A stretch of 32,000 nucleotides of DNA from Longivirga aurantiaca (GCF_042660085.1 NZ_JBHSTI010000008.1:870001-902000); one strand, 5' to 3'. Shown: positions 1-9,635, numbered from the stretch's first letter. The notes: a model not told the origin generated them from the sequence alone. Numbers and translations are program-made.

Positions 1-1
1 C

Positions 2-337
2 GACCTGCTGCGCGAGGTCGTCGCGCCGTACCCGAACGTGAAGGTCGACTCGTTCCACGGGCTGCTCGTCGACTACTGCCAGGCGCGCGACATCGCGGCG
101 ATCGTGAAGGGGCTGCGGGCGGTCAGCGACTTCGACTACGAGCTGCAGATGGCGCAGATGAACCACCGCCTCGCCGGCGTCGAGACCCTGTTCGTGAGCA
201 CCAACCCGCTCTACAGCTACCTGTCCTCGTCGCTGCTCAAGGAGATCGCGACGTACGGTGGTGACGTGTCCGGGCTCGTGCCCGAGACTGTGCTCGCCCG
301 CCTCGGCGAGCGGATCGCCGAACGAGCGCAGGGCTGA
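2..337 (+). CDS. coaD: Phosphopantetheine adenylyltransferase, C-terminal part (5' end outside window)
   Basis: Frame is open from the window edge: DLLREVVAPYPNVKVDSFHGLLVDYCQ...AQMNHRLAGVETLFVSTNPLYSYLSSSLLKEIATYGGDVSGLVP, typical of CoaD. Confidence 0.93.
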   Translation, partial: DLLREVVAPYPNVKVDSFHGLLVDYCQARDIAAIVKGLRAVSDFDYELQMAQMNHRLAGVETLFVSTNPLYSYLSSSLLKEIATYGGDVSGLVPETVLARLGERIAERAQG

Positions 338-370
338 CGCCCCGCGCGACCCGACAGCCGAAGGACCCCC

Positions 371-859
371 GTGGACGTCCACGACAAGCTCGACGAGCTC
401 TCCGCCCTGGTCGAGGGCGCCCGCGCGATGCCGATGTCGGCGTCGTGCGTGGTCAACCGCGCCCAGGTGCTCGACCTCCTCGACGAGGCCCGCTCGCTCC
501 TGCCCGCCTCGCTCGACCAGGCCGACGACATCCTCGCCGAGCGCGACGGCATCGTGGCCGCCGCGCGGGTGAGCGCCGCCGAGGTGCTCGCCCAGGCCGA
601 CGAGGAGGCCCGGGCACGGGTGTCCGAGCACGAGGTCTACCGCGCGGCGCTGGCCGAGGCCGACGCCGTCCGGGCCGAGGCCGACGCCGAGGCCGAGCGC
701 ATGCGCCGCGAGACCGACGACTACGTCGACGCCAAGCTCGCCAACTTCGAGGTGGCGCTGCACAAGACCCTCGCCGCGGTCCAGAAGGGCCGCGACAAGA
801 TCCGTGGCCGCCAGGAGTACGACGAGCTCGGGTACGACGACAGCCCGCTGCCCGGCTGA
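371..859 (+). CDS. sepIVA: DivIVA-like / SepIVA-like coiled-coil cell division protein
   Basis: GTG start with aaggac upstream. Long Ala/Glu/Arg coiled coil. Lies between coaD and yceD/rpmF, as sepIVA does in mycobacteria. Confidence 0.65.
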   Translation: MDVHDKLDELSALVEGARAMPMSASCVVNRAQVLDLLDEARSLLPASLDQADDILAERDGIVAAARVSAAEVLAQADEEARARVSEHEVYRAALAEADAVRAEADAEAERMRRETDDYVDAKLANFEVALHKTLAAVQKGRDKIRGRQEYDELGYDDSPLPG

Positions 860-886
860 GCCGTCCGTCCGGTGCTGGAGTCCGGT

Positions 887-916
887 TTGGGCGGTACGGC
901 GGCCCTCCGGTACCCT
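887..916 (+). promoter_or_regulatory. Putative promoter of yceD-rpmF (TTGGGC-N18-TACCCT)
   Basis: TTGGGC 887-892 and TACCCT 911-916. Same spacing as the candidates upstream of rpsP, rplS and rpsB. Confidence 0.5.
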
Positions 917-1004
917 GGCGTGTCGGCCGTCGTGAGGCCGATCCCCACCGCAGCGCACCCGGTGACCCCGGGGGCGCGCCTGCACGGCCCGGAAAGGCGA
1001 TCTC

Positions 1005-1625
1005 CTGACCACGCTCGACCCCCGATCCCCTCTCGTGCTCGACACGCGAGAGCTGGGACGACGTGCGGGGTCGATGCGCGAGGAGTCGCTCGTCCGGTCC
1101 GCGCCGGAGGGGATCGGGATCATGTCGATCGGCGTCCCCCCGGGGAGCGAGGTCGAGCTGGATCTTCGGCTCGAGTCGGTCATCGAGGGTGTGCTCGTGT
1201 CGGGAACGGCGCGGGTGCAGCTCACGGGCGAGTGCAGCAGGTGCTTGGATCCGGTCTCCGACGAGCTGGAGGTCGACATCCAGGAGCTGTACGTCTACGA
1301 GGAGACCGATCATCGCGGTCGCCCCGTACGGACGGACTCGCTCGAGGGTGAGGACGAGGACGAGCAGCGACACCTGGTCGGGGACTACCTCGACCTGGAG
1401 CCGGTGCTCCGCGACGCGGTGGTGCTCGACCTGCCGCTCGCACCCGTGTGCAGGGACGACTGCCCGGGGCTGTGCCCGCAGTGCGGGTTCCGCCTCGAGG
1501 ACGACCCGAAGCACGGCCACGACGTGATCGACCCGCGGTGGGCCGCCCTCGGCGCACTGGCGGACGAGACGAGCTCCGCCCGCACGAACGCACCGAGCAC
1601 CGACGACCAGCAGGAAGAGGACTAA
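1005..1625 (+). CDS. yceD: YceD/DUF177 family protein; CTG start at 1005 preferred, conventional start GTG 1035
   Basis: [19 protein letters not shown]...[12 protein letters not shown]...[13 protein letters not shown]...[10 protein letters not shown], directly upstream of rpmF. GGAAAGG 991-997 precedes CTG 1005. Confidence 0.88.
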   Translation: MTTLDPRSPLVLDTRELGRRAGSMREESLVRSAPEGIGIMSIGVPPGSEVELDLRLESVIEGVLVSGTARVQLTGECSRCLDPVSDELEVDIQELYVYEETDHRGRPVRTDSLEGEDEDEQRHLVGDYLDLEPVLRDAVVLDLPLAPVCRDDCPGLCPQCGFRLEDDPKHGHDVIDPRWAALGALADETSSARTNAPSTDDQQEED

Positions 1626-1629
1626 GGCC

Positions 1630-1806
1630 ATGGCCGTCCCGAAGCGCAAGACCTCGCGCAGCAACACCCGCCACCGCCGTTCGCAGTGGAAGGCCAAGCT
1701 GCCCCAGATCAACAAGGTCGTCCGCAACGGCCGCGTCGAGTTCGTGGTGCCCCACCGCGTCGACGCGGACGGCGAGTACAACGGCCGCCAGGTCCTCGAC
1801 GTCTGA
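1630..1806 (+). CDS. rpmF: 50S ribosomal protein L32
   Basis: Translated by eye: [58 protein letters not shown]. It is below the ORF-track length cutoff. Confidence 0.95.
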   Translation: MAVPKRKTSRSNTRHRRSQWKAKLPQINKVVRNGRVEFVVPHRVDADGEYNGRQVLDV

Positions 1807-1929
1807 GCTCGACGTCCGAGCGCGACCTGGACCACCAGCACGCATCCCGCGGCACCCGACCGCGGCCCGTCCCACGCCGGACGTGCCGCCGGTCGGGTGC
1901 CGCGTCGCGTCCGGGGTTAGCCTTCGGCC

Positions 1930-2196
1930 ATGACCACCGAGAACCTGAGCCTCGCGGCCCGGGCCCTCGCGGTCGTGCTCGACCTCGAGGCCGTCGATCT
2001 GCGGGCTGACAGCCCGCTCGACGACCTGGGGGCCGACTCGATCGCACGGGTCCAGTGGGCCGACGTCGTCGAACAGCTGGCTGCCGGCGACGGCCGCCCC
2101 GTGACCGTGGACGACTCGGCCCTGCGCGACGCCGTCGTGCTCGGCGACCTCGCCGACCACCTCGTGCCCGTCGGCGCCGCAGGAGGCTCGGCGTGA
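1930..2196 (+). CDS. Acyl carrier protein-like protein
   Basis: Small acidic protein with [20 protein letters not shown], resembling a phosphopantetheine-serine motif. Located between rpmF and rnc. Confidence 0.72.
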   Translation: MTTENLSLAARALAVVLDLEAVDLRADSPLDDLGADSIARVQWADVVEQLAAGDGRPVTVDDSALRDAVVLGDLADHLVPVGAAGGSA

Positions 2197-2939
2197 GCCC
2201 CCGCTCGCACCCGCCGATGTCCGAGCTCGCCGCCCGCCTCTCGGTAGAGATCGGCGACGACATCCTGCGGCGCGCGCTCACCCACCGGTCGTTCGCGTAC
2301 GAGAACGGCGGGCTGCCCACGAACGAGCGCCTCGAGTTCCTCGGCGACTCCGTCCTCGGCCTCGTGGTGACCGACACGCTGTTCCGCGCCCACCCCGACC
2401 TGCCCGAGGGGCAGCTCGCCAAGCTGCGCGCCGCCGTCGTCAACGCCAAGGCCCTGGCCGGCATCGGCCGCTCGCTCGGCCTCGGCGAGCACCTGCTGCT
2501 CGGCAAGGGCGAGGAGGCCACCGGTGGCCGCGACAAGTCCTCGATCGTGGCCGACACGGTCGAGGCGGTGATCGGCGCGGTCTACCTCGACCGCGGCCTC
2601 GAGGTGGCCACCGAGCTCGTGCACCGGCTGTTCGACCCGCTCATCGCCGAGTCGGCGGGCCTCGGTGCGGGCCTCGACTGGAAGACGAGCCTGCAGGAGC
2701 TCTGCGCGTCGCTCTCGGCCGGCGTCCCCGAGTACGTCGTCGAGGAGAGCGGGCCCGACCACCAGAAGAGCTTCCGCGCCCGCGTCCGGGTCGGCGAGGA
2801 CCTCTACGGCGACGGCAGGGGACGCAGCAAGAAGGAGGCGGAGCAGGAGGCCGCGGCCACCGCGTACGCCGAGCTCTCGGACAAGCGCGACACGCTGATC
2901 GCCACCGAGGCGGGTGCCCCCTCCGGCTCGGAGGCGTAG
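2193..2939 (+). CDS. rnc: Ribonuclease III
   Basis: [13 protein letters not shown]...[18 protein letters not shown] plus C-terminal dsRBD ([33 protein letters not shown]). GTG overlaps the upstream stop (GTGA). Confidence 0.96.
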   Translation: MSPRSHPPMSELAARLSVEIGDDILRRALTHRSFAYENGGLPTNERLEFLGDSVLGLVVTDTLFRAHPDLPEGQLAKLRAAVVNAKALAGIGRSLGLGEHLLLGKGEEATGGRDKSSIVADTVEAVIGAVYLDRGLEVATELVHRLFDPLIAESAGLGAGLDWKTSLQELCASLSAGVPEYVVEESGPDHQKSFRARVRVGEDLYGDGRGRSKKEAEQEAAATAYAELSDKRDTLIATEAGAPSGSEA

Positions 2940-3811
2940 TGCCCGAGCTCCCCGAGGTCGAGGTGGTGCGCCGAGGCCTCGACCGCTGGGTCGCCGGTCG
3001 CACCGTGGCCTCGGCGGCCGTCCTGCACGAGCGGGCCGCCCGCCGGCACGCCGCCGGCGGCGACGACCTCGCCGCGCGCCTGCTCGGCCGCACGATCGAG
3101 ACGGCGAGCCGTCGGGGCAAGTACCTCTGGCTGCCGCTCGACGGACGCGACGCCGCGCTCGTCGCGCACCTCGGCATGAGCGGCCAGCTGCTCGTGCAGC
3201 CGCCGGGCAGCCCCGACGAGAAGCACCTCCGGGCCCGGCTGACCTTCACCGACGGCGGTCGCGAGCTGCGGTTCGTCGACCAGCGCACCTTCGGCGGAGT
3301 GGCCCTCGACGACCTCGTGCCCGACTCCGCCGACGGCCGCGTGCCGGCGTCGGTCGCCCACATCGCCCGCGACCCGCTCGACCCGCTCTTCGACGACGCC
3401 CTCTGGGTGCGGCGGCTGCGCTCGCGCCGGACGGGCCTGAAGCGCGCGCTGCTCGACCAGACGCTGGTGAGCGGCATCGGCAACATCTACGCCGACGAGG
3501 CGCTGTGGCGCGCGCGCCTGCACTGGGCCACGCCGTCCGATGCCGTCGCCCCGGCCCGCGCCCGCGAGCTGCTCGGGCACGTGCGCGACGTGATGGGTGA
3601 CGCCCTCGTCCAGGGCGGCACGTCCTTCGACGCGCTCTACGTCAACGTCAACGGCGAGAGCGGCTACTTCGACCGCTCGCTCGCGGCGTACGGCCAGGCC
3701 GACCGGCCGTGCCCGCGCTGCGGCCGACCGATCGTGCGCGAGGCGTTCATGAACCGCTCGTCGTTCCGCTGCCCGCGGTGCCAGCGGACGCCGCGGAGCC
3801 CGCGGTGGTGA
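2939..3811 (+). CDS. mutM: Formamidopyrimidine-DNA glycosylase
   Basis: [15 protein letters not shown]-terminus; C-terminal zinc finger [26 protein letters not shown]. Confidence 0.96.
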   Translation: MPELPEVEVVRRGLDRWVAGRTVASAAVLHERAARRHAAGGDDLAARLLGRTIETASRRGKYLWLPLDGRDAALVAHLGMSGQLLVQPPGSPDEKHLRARLTFTDGGRELRFVDQRTFGGVALDDLVPDSADGRVPASVAHIARDPLDPLFDDALWVRRLRSRRTGLKRALLDQTLVSGIGNIYADEALWRARLHWATPSDAVAPARARELLGHVRDVMGDALVQGGTSFDALYVNVNGESGYFDRSLAAYGQADRPCPRCGRPIVREAFMNRSSFRCPRCQRTPRSPRW

Positions 3812-4077
3812 CGGTCCGCCTGACGGCGTGGGTGCGCGGCCGCGTGCAGGGCGTCGGCTTCCGCTGGTGGACCCGCGCCCGCGCCCTCGAGCTCGGGCTC
3901 GCCGGGTGGGCCCGCAACCTGGACGACGGCCGCGTCGAGGTGGTGGCCGAGGGGCCGCGGGAGGCCTGCGAGGCCCTGCTGGGGCTGCTCCGCGCGGGTG
4001 GCGCGCCGGGCCACGTGCAGACGGTCGTCGAGCAGTGGTCCGACGCCCGCGGGGCCGAGGGCTTCCTCGAGCGGTGA
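3805..4077 (+). CDS. acyP: Acylphosphatase
   Basis: [49 protein letters not shown]. Start is GTG 3805 or 3808, overlapping the mutM stop. Confidence 0.92.
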   Translation: MVTVRLTAWVRGRVQGVGFRWWTRARALELGLAGWARNLDDGRVEVVAEGPREACEALLGLLRAGGAPGHVQTVVEQWSDARGAEGFLER

Positions 4078-4162
4078 CGCGGGCCGCGGCGAGGGTGCCC
4101 TGACCTGCGACGTCGCCTCCGCCTGGTGTGCTGCGCGTCTCAGCGCCGCGCCCCGAGCCGGG

Positions 4163-4192
4163 TTGACGCCTCCGCGGCCCCGCTGTCACCCT
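4163..4192 (+). promoter_or_regulatory. Putative promoter of the 66-aa ORF (TTGACG-N18-CACCCT)
   Basis: TTGACG 4163-4168 and CACCCT 4187-4192, in a 237-nt intergenic region. Confidence 0.45.
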
Positions 4193-4314
4193 GGTCGCAC
4201 CGGCCCACGCGTCTCGCGAGAAGCCGCCACGACCTCTCCGCCATCTCGAGGCGATCCGCGTGCCTGCAGGGCACCGATCCGCACGCACGCCGCACGTGTC
4301 AAGGGAGACACCGC

Positions 4315-4515
4315 ATGTCCAAGGCGATCTACGGCCACCTGGGTTCGTCCGATGCTCTCCTCGTCGCCGAGGTGACCCGCCTGCGCCGCCGCGTCCGCGA
4401 GCTCGAGGAGCAGCTGGCGACGTACGAGTCGATGGTGCCCTCCGACCTGGCCGACCTCGAGCGTGTCGACGTCACGGTGCGCGAGCTGCCGGCCGACGCG
4501 CCGGTGCCCGCCTGA
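4315..4515 (+). CDS. Small conserved-looking coiled-coil protein, 66 aa, unknown function
   Basis: ATG with AGGGAGA upstream: MSKAIYGHLGSSDALLVAEVTRLRRRVRELEEQLATYESMVPSDLADLERVDVTVRELPADAPVPA. Confidence 0.7.
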   Translation: MSKAIYGHLGSSDALLVAEVTRLRRRVRELEEQLATYESMVPSDLADLERVDVTVRELPADAPVPA

Positions 4516-4529
4516 CCGACCACCGACCG

Positions 4530-4556
4530 CCGCGGCACCCCGAGGGGTGACCGCGG
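4530..4556 (+). terminator. Hairpin downstream of the 66-aa ORF, terminator-like but without U-tract
   Basis: CCGCGGCACCCC-GA-GGGGTG-(A)-CCGCGG: 12 bp with one bulge, 15 nt after the stop. Confidence 0.55.
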
Positions 4557-4712
4557 CGTCGTCGTGTCCGGGGGTCCCGAGGCGGGGCGTCGACAGGCCG
4601 GGGCGTGCCTCCGCGAAGCGGCCAGGGGCCGAGATAGGGTGTCGGCACTTCCCCCGCCTGGTCGCCGTGCCCGGTGAAACCCGTTCACCACGAAGCGCCT
4701 GGAGCATCCCGC

Positions 4713-7700
4713 GTGCACCTGAAGAGCCTCACCCTGAGGGGCTTCAAGTCCTTCGCGTCCTCGACGACGCTGCACTTCGAGCCGGGCATCACCTGCGTGG
4801 TCGGGCCGAACGGCTCGGGCAAGTCCAACGTCGTCGACGCCATCGCCTGGGTCATGGGCGAGCAGGGTGCCAAGAGCCTGCGCGGCGGCAAGATGGAGGA
4901 CGTCATCTTCGCCGGCACGTCCGGCCGCCCGCCGCTCGGCCGGGCCGAGGTGCTCCTCACGATCGACAACCACGACGGCGTGCTCCCCATCGACTACGCC
5001 GAGGTCACCATCTCGCGCACGATGTTCCGCAACGGTGGCTCCGAGTACGCCATCAACGGCACCCCGTGCCGTCTGCTCGACGTGCAGGAGCTGCTCTCGG
5101 ACTCCGGCATCGGCCGCGAGATGCACGTCATCGTCGGCCAGGGCAAGCTCGACGAGATCCTGTCGGCGTCGCCGGAGGACCGCCGCGGCTTCGTCGAGGA
5201 GGCCGCCGGCGTCCTCAAGCACCGCAAGCGCAAGGAGAAGGCGCTCCGCAAGCTCGACGCGATGCAGGCCAACCTCACGCGCCTGCAGGACCTCACCACC
5301 GAGCTGCGCCGTCAGCTCAAGCCCCTCGGCAAGCAGGCCGAGGTGGCGCGCCGGGCCGCCGTCATCCAGGCCGACCTCCGCGACTCGCGCCTGCGCCTCA
5401 TCGCCGACGACCTTCTCAACCTCCGCGACGCCGTCCAGCAGGAGGTGGCCGACGAGACCGCCCTGCGCGAGCGCCGCGGCGAGGTCGAGTCCGAGCTCGC
5501 CGGCGCCCAGGCGCGCGAGGCCGTGCTCGACGCCGAGATGGCCGGCGAGGCCCCGGCCCTCGCTCGCGCGCAGGACACCTGGTTCCGGCTGTCGTCCCTG
5601 CGCGAGCGGGTCTCCAGCACGGCGGCCCTCGCCTCCGAGCGGGTGCGGCTGCTCGCTCCCGAGCCCGAGGAGGAGCGCCGCGGCCGCGACCCCGAGGAGC
5701 TCGACGCCGACGCCAAGGCCGCGCGCGAGGAGGAGGCGGCGCTCGGCCGCGACGTCGCCGCCGCCCGCGAGGTCCTTGCGGGTGCGGTCACGGCGCGCGC
5801 CACCGCCGAGGGCGCCCACGCCGCGGAGGAGCAGCGGCTCACCGCTCTGCAGCGTGCCGCCGCCGACCGTCGTGAGGGCCTCGTGCGGCTCACGGGTCAG
5901 GTGCACGCCGCGACGTCCCGCCTCGAGGCTCGCGCGGCCGAGCTCGAGCGGCTCGCCGCTCAGGCCGCCGACGCGCGCGCCCGCGCCGACAAGGCCAACG
6001 CCGACTTCCACGCGCTCGAGACGCAGGTGGCCGGGCTCGACGAGGGCGAGGTCGGGCTCGACGAGGAGCACGAGATCGCCTCGTCGGAGCTCGCCGCCGC
6101 GGACGGCCGGGTGCAGGCCCTGCGGATGCAGGAGCAGGAGGCCGAGCGCGAGCGGCACGCCCTGACCGCACGCGTCGAGGCGCTCGAGCTGGGCCTCGCC
6201 CGCAAGGACGGCGGCGCGGCGGTGCTCGCTGCCGGCGACCGCCTCTCCGGCGTGCTCGGCACCGTCGCCGCGCTGCTGCGCGTCCGCCCGGGCTACGAGG
6301 CCGCCGTCTCCGCCGCGCTCGGCCCGCTGGCCGACGCCGTCGCGGTCGGCTCGGTCTCCCAGGCGGTCGACGCCCTCACGCTGCTGAAGTCCGACGACGC
6401 CGGTCGCGCCTCTCTCCTGGTCGCCGGCGCGGCCGCGCCCGACCGTTCGTCCTGGCCGGCGCTGCCGGCGGGTGCGGTGTGGGCCGTCGACGTCGTCGAG
6501 GCGCCGGACGCGCTGCGTGGCTCGGTCGGCGTCGCGCTCGCCCGCGTCGCTCTCGTCGAGGACCTCGCGACGGCCGGGTCGCTCGTCCGCCAGCACGACG
6601 TCGTCGCGGTCACCCGCGCCGGCGATGTCGTCGCGGCCGGCGTGGTGCACGGCGGGTCGGCGTCCGCGCCCTCCCTGCTCGAGGTCCAGGCCGCCGTCGA
6701 CGAGGCGCGCACCAAGCTCGACGACGCCACCCACCGTTACGAGCGCGCCAAGTTCGAGCTCGTCGGCGCGCTCGAGGCGGTCGCAGCAGCGCAGCACCGC
6801 GTGGACTCCGCCCTCTCGCGCCTGCACGAGTCCGACGCCCGCATGGCCGCCGTCGCCGAGCAGCTCGGGCAGCTCGGGTCGGCCTCGCGCGCGGCGTCGG
6901 GCGAGGCGGACCGCATCGCCGCCGGCATCGCCTCGGCGACCGCAGCACGCGACGCCGACCAGGCGACGCTCGAGGAGCTCACCGCCCGCCTCGAGGCCGC
7001 AGAGGCGACCCCGGACGAGGGCGAGCCGTCGCACGAGGAGCGCGACCGGCTGGCCGAGGCCGCCGTGCTCGCCCGCCAGGGCGAGGTCGAGGCGCGGCTG
7101 GCCGTCCGCACGGGCGAGGAGCGCGTGCGTGCGCTCGCCGGTCGCGCCGAGCAGCTCGAGCATGCGGCCAACGCCGAGCGCGCCGCCCGGGCGCGGTCGG
7201 CCGAGCGCCGCGCGTCGCGCGCCCGCGCCGTCGCCGTCGCCGCCGCCGTGCGCGCCGGTGCTGCCGCGACGCTCGTGCGCATCGACATCTCGCTCGCCGT
7301 CGCCGCCAGCGAGCGCGACGCCGCCGAGCAGGCCCGCACCGTCCGCGAGGGCGAGCTCCTCGCGCTGCGCACCCGCACCCGCGAGCTCCAGACCGAGCTC
7401 GAGGCGCTCACGTCATCCGTGCACCGCGACGAGATGGCCCGCGCCGAGCAGCGCATGCGGATCGAGCAGCTCGAGGCGCGCGCGATGGAGGAGTTCGGCG
7501 TCGACGCCGAGACCCTCGAGACCGAGTACGCGCCCGACGTCCTCGTGCCGCCGTCGATGATCGCCCCCGGCGACGAGGTCGACCCCGAGGCGCCCGAGCC
7601 CGAGGCCTACCCGTACGTGCGCGAGGAGCAGGAGAAGCGCATGCGCTCCGCCGAGCGCTCGCTCAACCTGCTCGGCAAGGTCAACCCGCTGGCGCTCGAG

Positions 7701-8330
7701 GAGTTCTCGGCGCTCGAGGAGCGGCACCGCTTCCTCAACGAGCAGCTCGACGACCTCAAGCGCTCGCGGGCCGAGCTGCTCGGGATCGTCACCGAGGTCG
7801 ACGCCCGCGTGCAGCAGGTGTTCGCCGAGGCGTACGCCGACGTCGAGCGCGAGTTCGAGCGGATCTTCGCCCGGCTGTTCCCGGGCGGAGAGGGCCGGCT
7901 CTTCCTCACCGACCCGGGCGACCTGCTCACCACGGGCATCGAGGTCGAGGCGCGTCCGCCGGGCAAGAAGGTCAAGCGGCTGTCGCTGCTGTCCGGCGGC
8001 GAGCGGTCGCTCACCGCGGTGGCGTTCCTCGTCGCGCTGTTCAAGGCGCGTCCGAGCCCGTTCTACATCATGGACGAGGTCGAGGCCGCGCTCGACGACG
8101 TCAACCTCCAGCGACTGCTCGGCATCATGGAGGAGCTGCGCGAGGACTCCCAGCTGCTGGTCATCACGCACCAGAAGCGCACGATGGAGATCGCGGACGC
8201 GCTGTACGGCGTGTCGATGCGCGGCGACGGCGTCACCACGGTCATCGGCCAGCGGATGGCCTCGCACCGGTCGGGCGACGACGACGGGTCTGACCCGGTC
8301 GACGTCAGCGACTCCGCGGTCCCCGCCTAG
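4713..8330 (+). CDS. smc: Chromosome segregation protein SMC
   Basis: VHLKSLTLRGFKSFASSTTLHFEPGITCVVGPNGSGKSNVVDAIAWVMGEQ Walker A; LSGGERSLTAVAFLVALF...PFYIMDEVEAALDD signature and Walker B; long coiled coils with hinge. Start is GTG 4713, not the ORF-track 4674. Confidence 0.98.
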   Translation: MHLKSLTLRGFKSFASSTTLHFEPGITCVVGPNGSGKSNVVDAIAWVMGEQGAKSLRGGKMEDVIFAGTSGRPPLGRAEVLLTIDNHDGVLPIDYAEVTISRTMFRNGGSEYAINGTPCRLLDVQELLSDSGIGREMHVIVGQGKLDEILSASPEDRRGFVEEAAGVLKHRKRKEKALRKLDAMQANLTRLQDLTTELRRQLKPLGKQAEVARRAAVIQADLRDSRLRLIADDLLNLRDAVQQEVADETALRERRGEVESELAGAQAREAVLDAEMAGEAPALARAQDTWFRLSSLRERVSSTAALASERVRLLAPEPEEERRGRDPEELDADAKAAREEEAALGRDVAAAREVLAGAVTARATAEGAHAAEEQRLTALQRAAADRREGLVRLTGQVHAATSRLEARAAELERLAAQAADARARADKANADFHALETQVAGLDEGEVGLDEEHEIASSELAAADGRVQALRMQEQEAERERHALTARVEALELGLARKDGGAAVLAAGDRLSGVLGTVAALLRVRPGYEAAVSAALGPLADAVAVGSVSQAVDALTLLKSDDAGRASLLVAGAAAPDRSSWPALPAGAVWAVDVVEAPDALRGSVGVALARVALVEDLATAGSLVRQHDVVAVTRAGDVVAAGVVHGGSASAPSLLEVQAAVDEARTKLDDATHRYERAKFELVGALEAVAAAQHRVDSALSRLHESDARMAAVAEQLGQLGSASRAASGEADRIAAGIASATAARDADQATLEELTARLEAAEATPDEGEPSHEERDRLAEAAVLARQGEVEARLAVRTGEERVRALAGRAEQLEHAANAERAARARSAERRASRARAVAVAAAVRAGAAATLVRIDISLAVAASERDAAEQARTVREGELLALRTRTRELQTELEALTSSVHRDEMARAEQRMRIEQLEARAMEEFGVDAETLETEYAPDVLVPPSMIAPGDEVDPEAPEPEAYPYVREEQEKRMRSAERSLNLLGKVNPLALEEFSALEERHRFLNEQLDDLKRSRAELLGIVTEVDARVQQVFAEAYADVEREFERIFARLFPGGEGRLFLTDPGDLLTTGIEVEARPPGKKVKRLSLLSGGERSLTAVAFLVALFKARPSPFYIMDEVEAALDDVNLQRLLGIMEELREDSQLLVITHQKRTMEIADALYGVSMRGDGVTTVIGQRMASHRSGDDDGSDPVDVSDSAVPA

Positions 8331-8348
8331 CCCTCCGCCGCCAGAGGC

Positions 8349-8471
8349 CTACCCGTAGCTGGGTGGCGATTCCGTCGCAGGCCGCACGCTGGTTACCCGG
8401 GTAGAGCGGCGTACCTGTAGCTGGGTGGCGATTCCGTCGCAGGCCGCACGCTGGTTACCCGGGTAGCGCGG
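8349..8471. repeat. Two-copy 62-bp tandem direct repeat containing inverted repeats
   Basis: 8355-8404 is identical (50 nt) to 8417-8466; similarity with one mismatch each side extends over 8350-8409 / 8412-8471. TACCCGGGTA palindrome at 8394-8403 and 8456-8465. Confidence 0.95.
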
Positions 8472-8507
8472 TGCCGAGCACCCGCGCGACTCTGGGAGGA
8501 TGACGGC

Positions 8508-9635
8508 GTGGAATCCGGACTTCTCTATGCCCTGATCGCGCTGGCCGTCCTCGTCATCGGCGGGGGAGCCGTGCTGCTCCTGCGCCGCTCGTCGGGCCGC
8601 GCGATCGAGGCGCCCCCGGCCCGGCCGCAGGTCGCCGCGCCCGAGCGCGAGGCCGACGGCGGCCTCGCGCTCGCGGAGCCCGAGGCGCCCGCACCCACCA
8701 CCACCGAGGTCCCCGAGCCGTCGGCCGGCCGCCTGGCCCGGCTGCGTGCCCGCCTCGCCCGCTCGAACACCGCCGTCGGCAAGGGCCTGCTCGCGCTGCT
8801 CACCCGTGACCAGCTCGACCAGGACACCTGGGACGAGGTCGAGGAGACCCTGCTCGCCGCCGACCTCGGCGTCGGGCCCACGCAGGAGCTGGTCGCCGCG
8901 CTGCAGCGACGTACCCGGGTCGAGGGCGTCTCCGACGTCGCCGGCGCCCGTGCCCTGCTGCGCGAGGAGCTGCTCGCCCTCGTCGACCCCACGCTCGACC
9001 GCAGCGTCGCGACCCATGTGGCCGACGACCGCCCCGCCGTCGTCCTCGTCGTCGGCGTCAACGGCACCGGCAAGACCACCACCACCGGCAAGCTCGCGCG
9101 CGTGCTCGTGGCCGACGGCCGCAGCGTGGTGCTCGGCGCCGCCGACACCTTCCGTGCCGCGGCGAGCCAGCAGCTGCAGACCTGGGGCGACCGGGTCGGG
9201 GCGCGCGTCGTCACGGGCGCGGAGAACGCCGATCCCGCCGCCGTCGCGTTCGACGCCGTGAAGCACGCCGTCGACGAGGGCGCCGACGTCTGCGTCATCG
9301 ACACCGCCGGCCGCCTGCACACCAAGACCGGTCTCATGGACGAGCTCGGCAAGGTCAAGCGCGTCGTGGAGAAGCAGGCGCCGGTCGACGAGGTGCTGCT
9401 CGTCCTCGACGCCACGACCGGCCAGAACGGCCTGCGCCAGGCTCAGGTCTTCTCCGAGGTCGTCGAGGTGACGGGCATCGTGCTCACCAAGCTCGACGGC
9501 ACGGCCAAGGGCGGCATCGTCATCGCGGTGCAGCGCGAGCTCGGCGTGCCCGTGAAGCTCGTCGGGCTCGGCGAGGGCCCGGACGACCTCGCACCGTTCG
9601 ACGCCGAGGCCTTCGTCGACGCGCTCCTCGACTGA
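8508..9635 (+). CDS. ftsY: Signal recognition particle receptor FtsY
   Basis: VVLVVGVNGTGKTTTTGKLARVL...GAADTFRAAASQQLQTW...VCVIDTAGRLHTKTGLMDEL...GTAKGGIVIAV. GGGAGGA precedes GTG 8508. Confidence 0.97.
   Translation: MESGLLYALIALAVLVIGGGAVLLLRRSSGRAIEAPPARPQVAAPEREADGGLALAEPEAPAPTTTEVPEPSAGRLARLRARLARSNTAVGKGLLALLTRDQLDQDTWDEVEETLLAADLGVGPTQELVAALQRRTRVEGVSDVAGARALLREELLALVDPTLDRSVATHVADDRPAVVLVVGVNGTGKTTTTGKLARVLVADGRSVVLGAADTFRAAASQQLQTWGDRVGARVVTGAENADPAAVAFDAVKHAVDEGADVCVIDTAGRLHTKTGLMDELGKVKRVVEKQAPVDEVLLVLDATTGQNGLRQAQVFSEVVEVTGIVLTKLDGTAKGGIVIAVQRELGVPVKLVGLGEGPDDLAPFDAEAFVDALLD

Noticed and set aside
4329-7163. 944-aa minus-strand ORF opposite smc
   Set aside because: Antisense shadow of smc with compositionally biased translation and no recognisable motifs.
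8391-8420. tRNA-like string GGGTAGAGCGGC in the tandem repeat
   Set aside because: Resembles a D-arm, but no acceptor stem, anticodon arm or T-arm can be assembled around it, and it is not retained in copy 2.
8349-8471. CRISPR array or IS terminal repeat
   Set aside because: Only two directly abutting units with no spacers, and no cas or transposase gene anywhere in the window.
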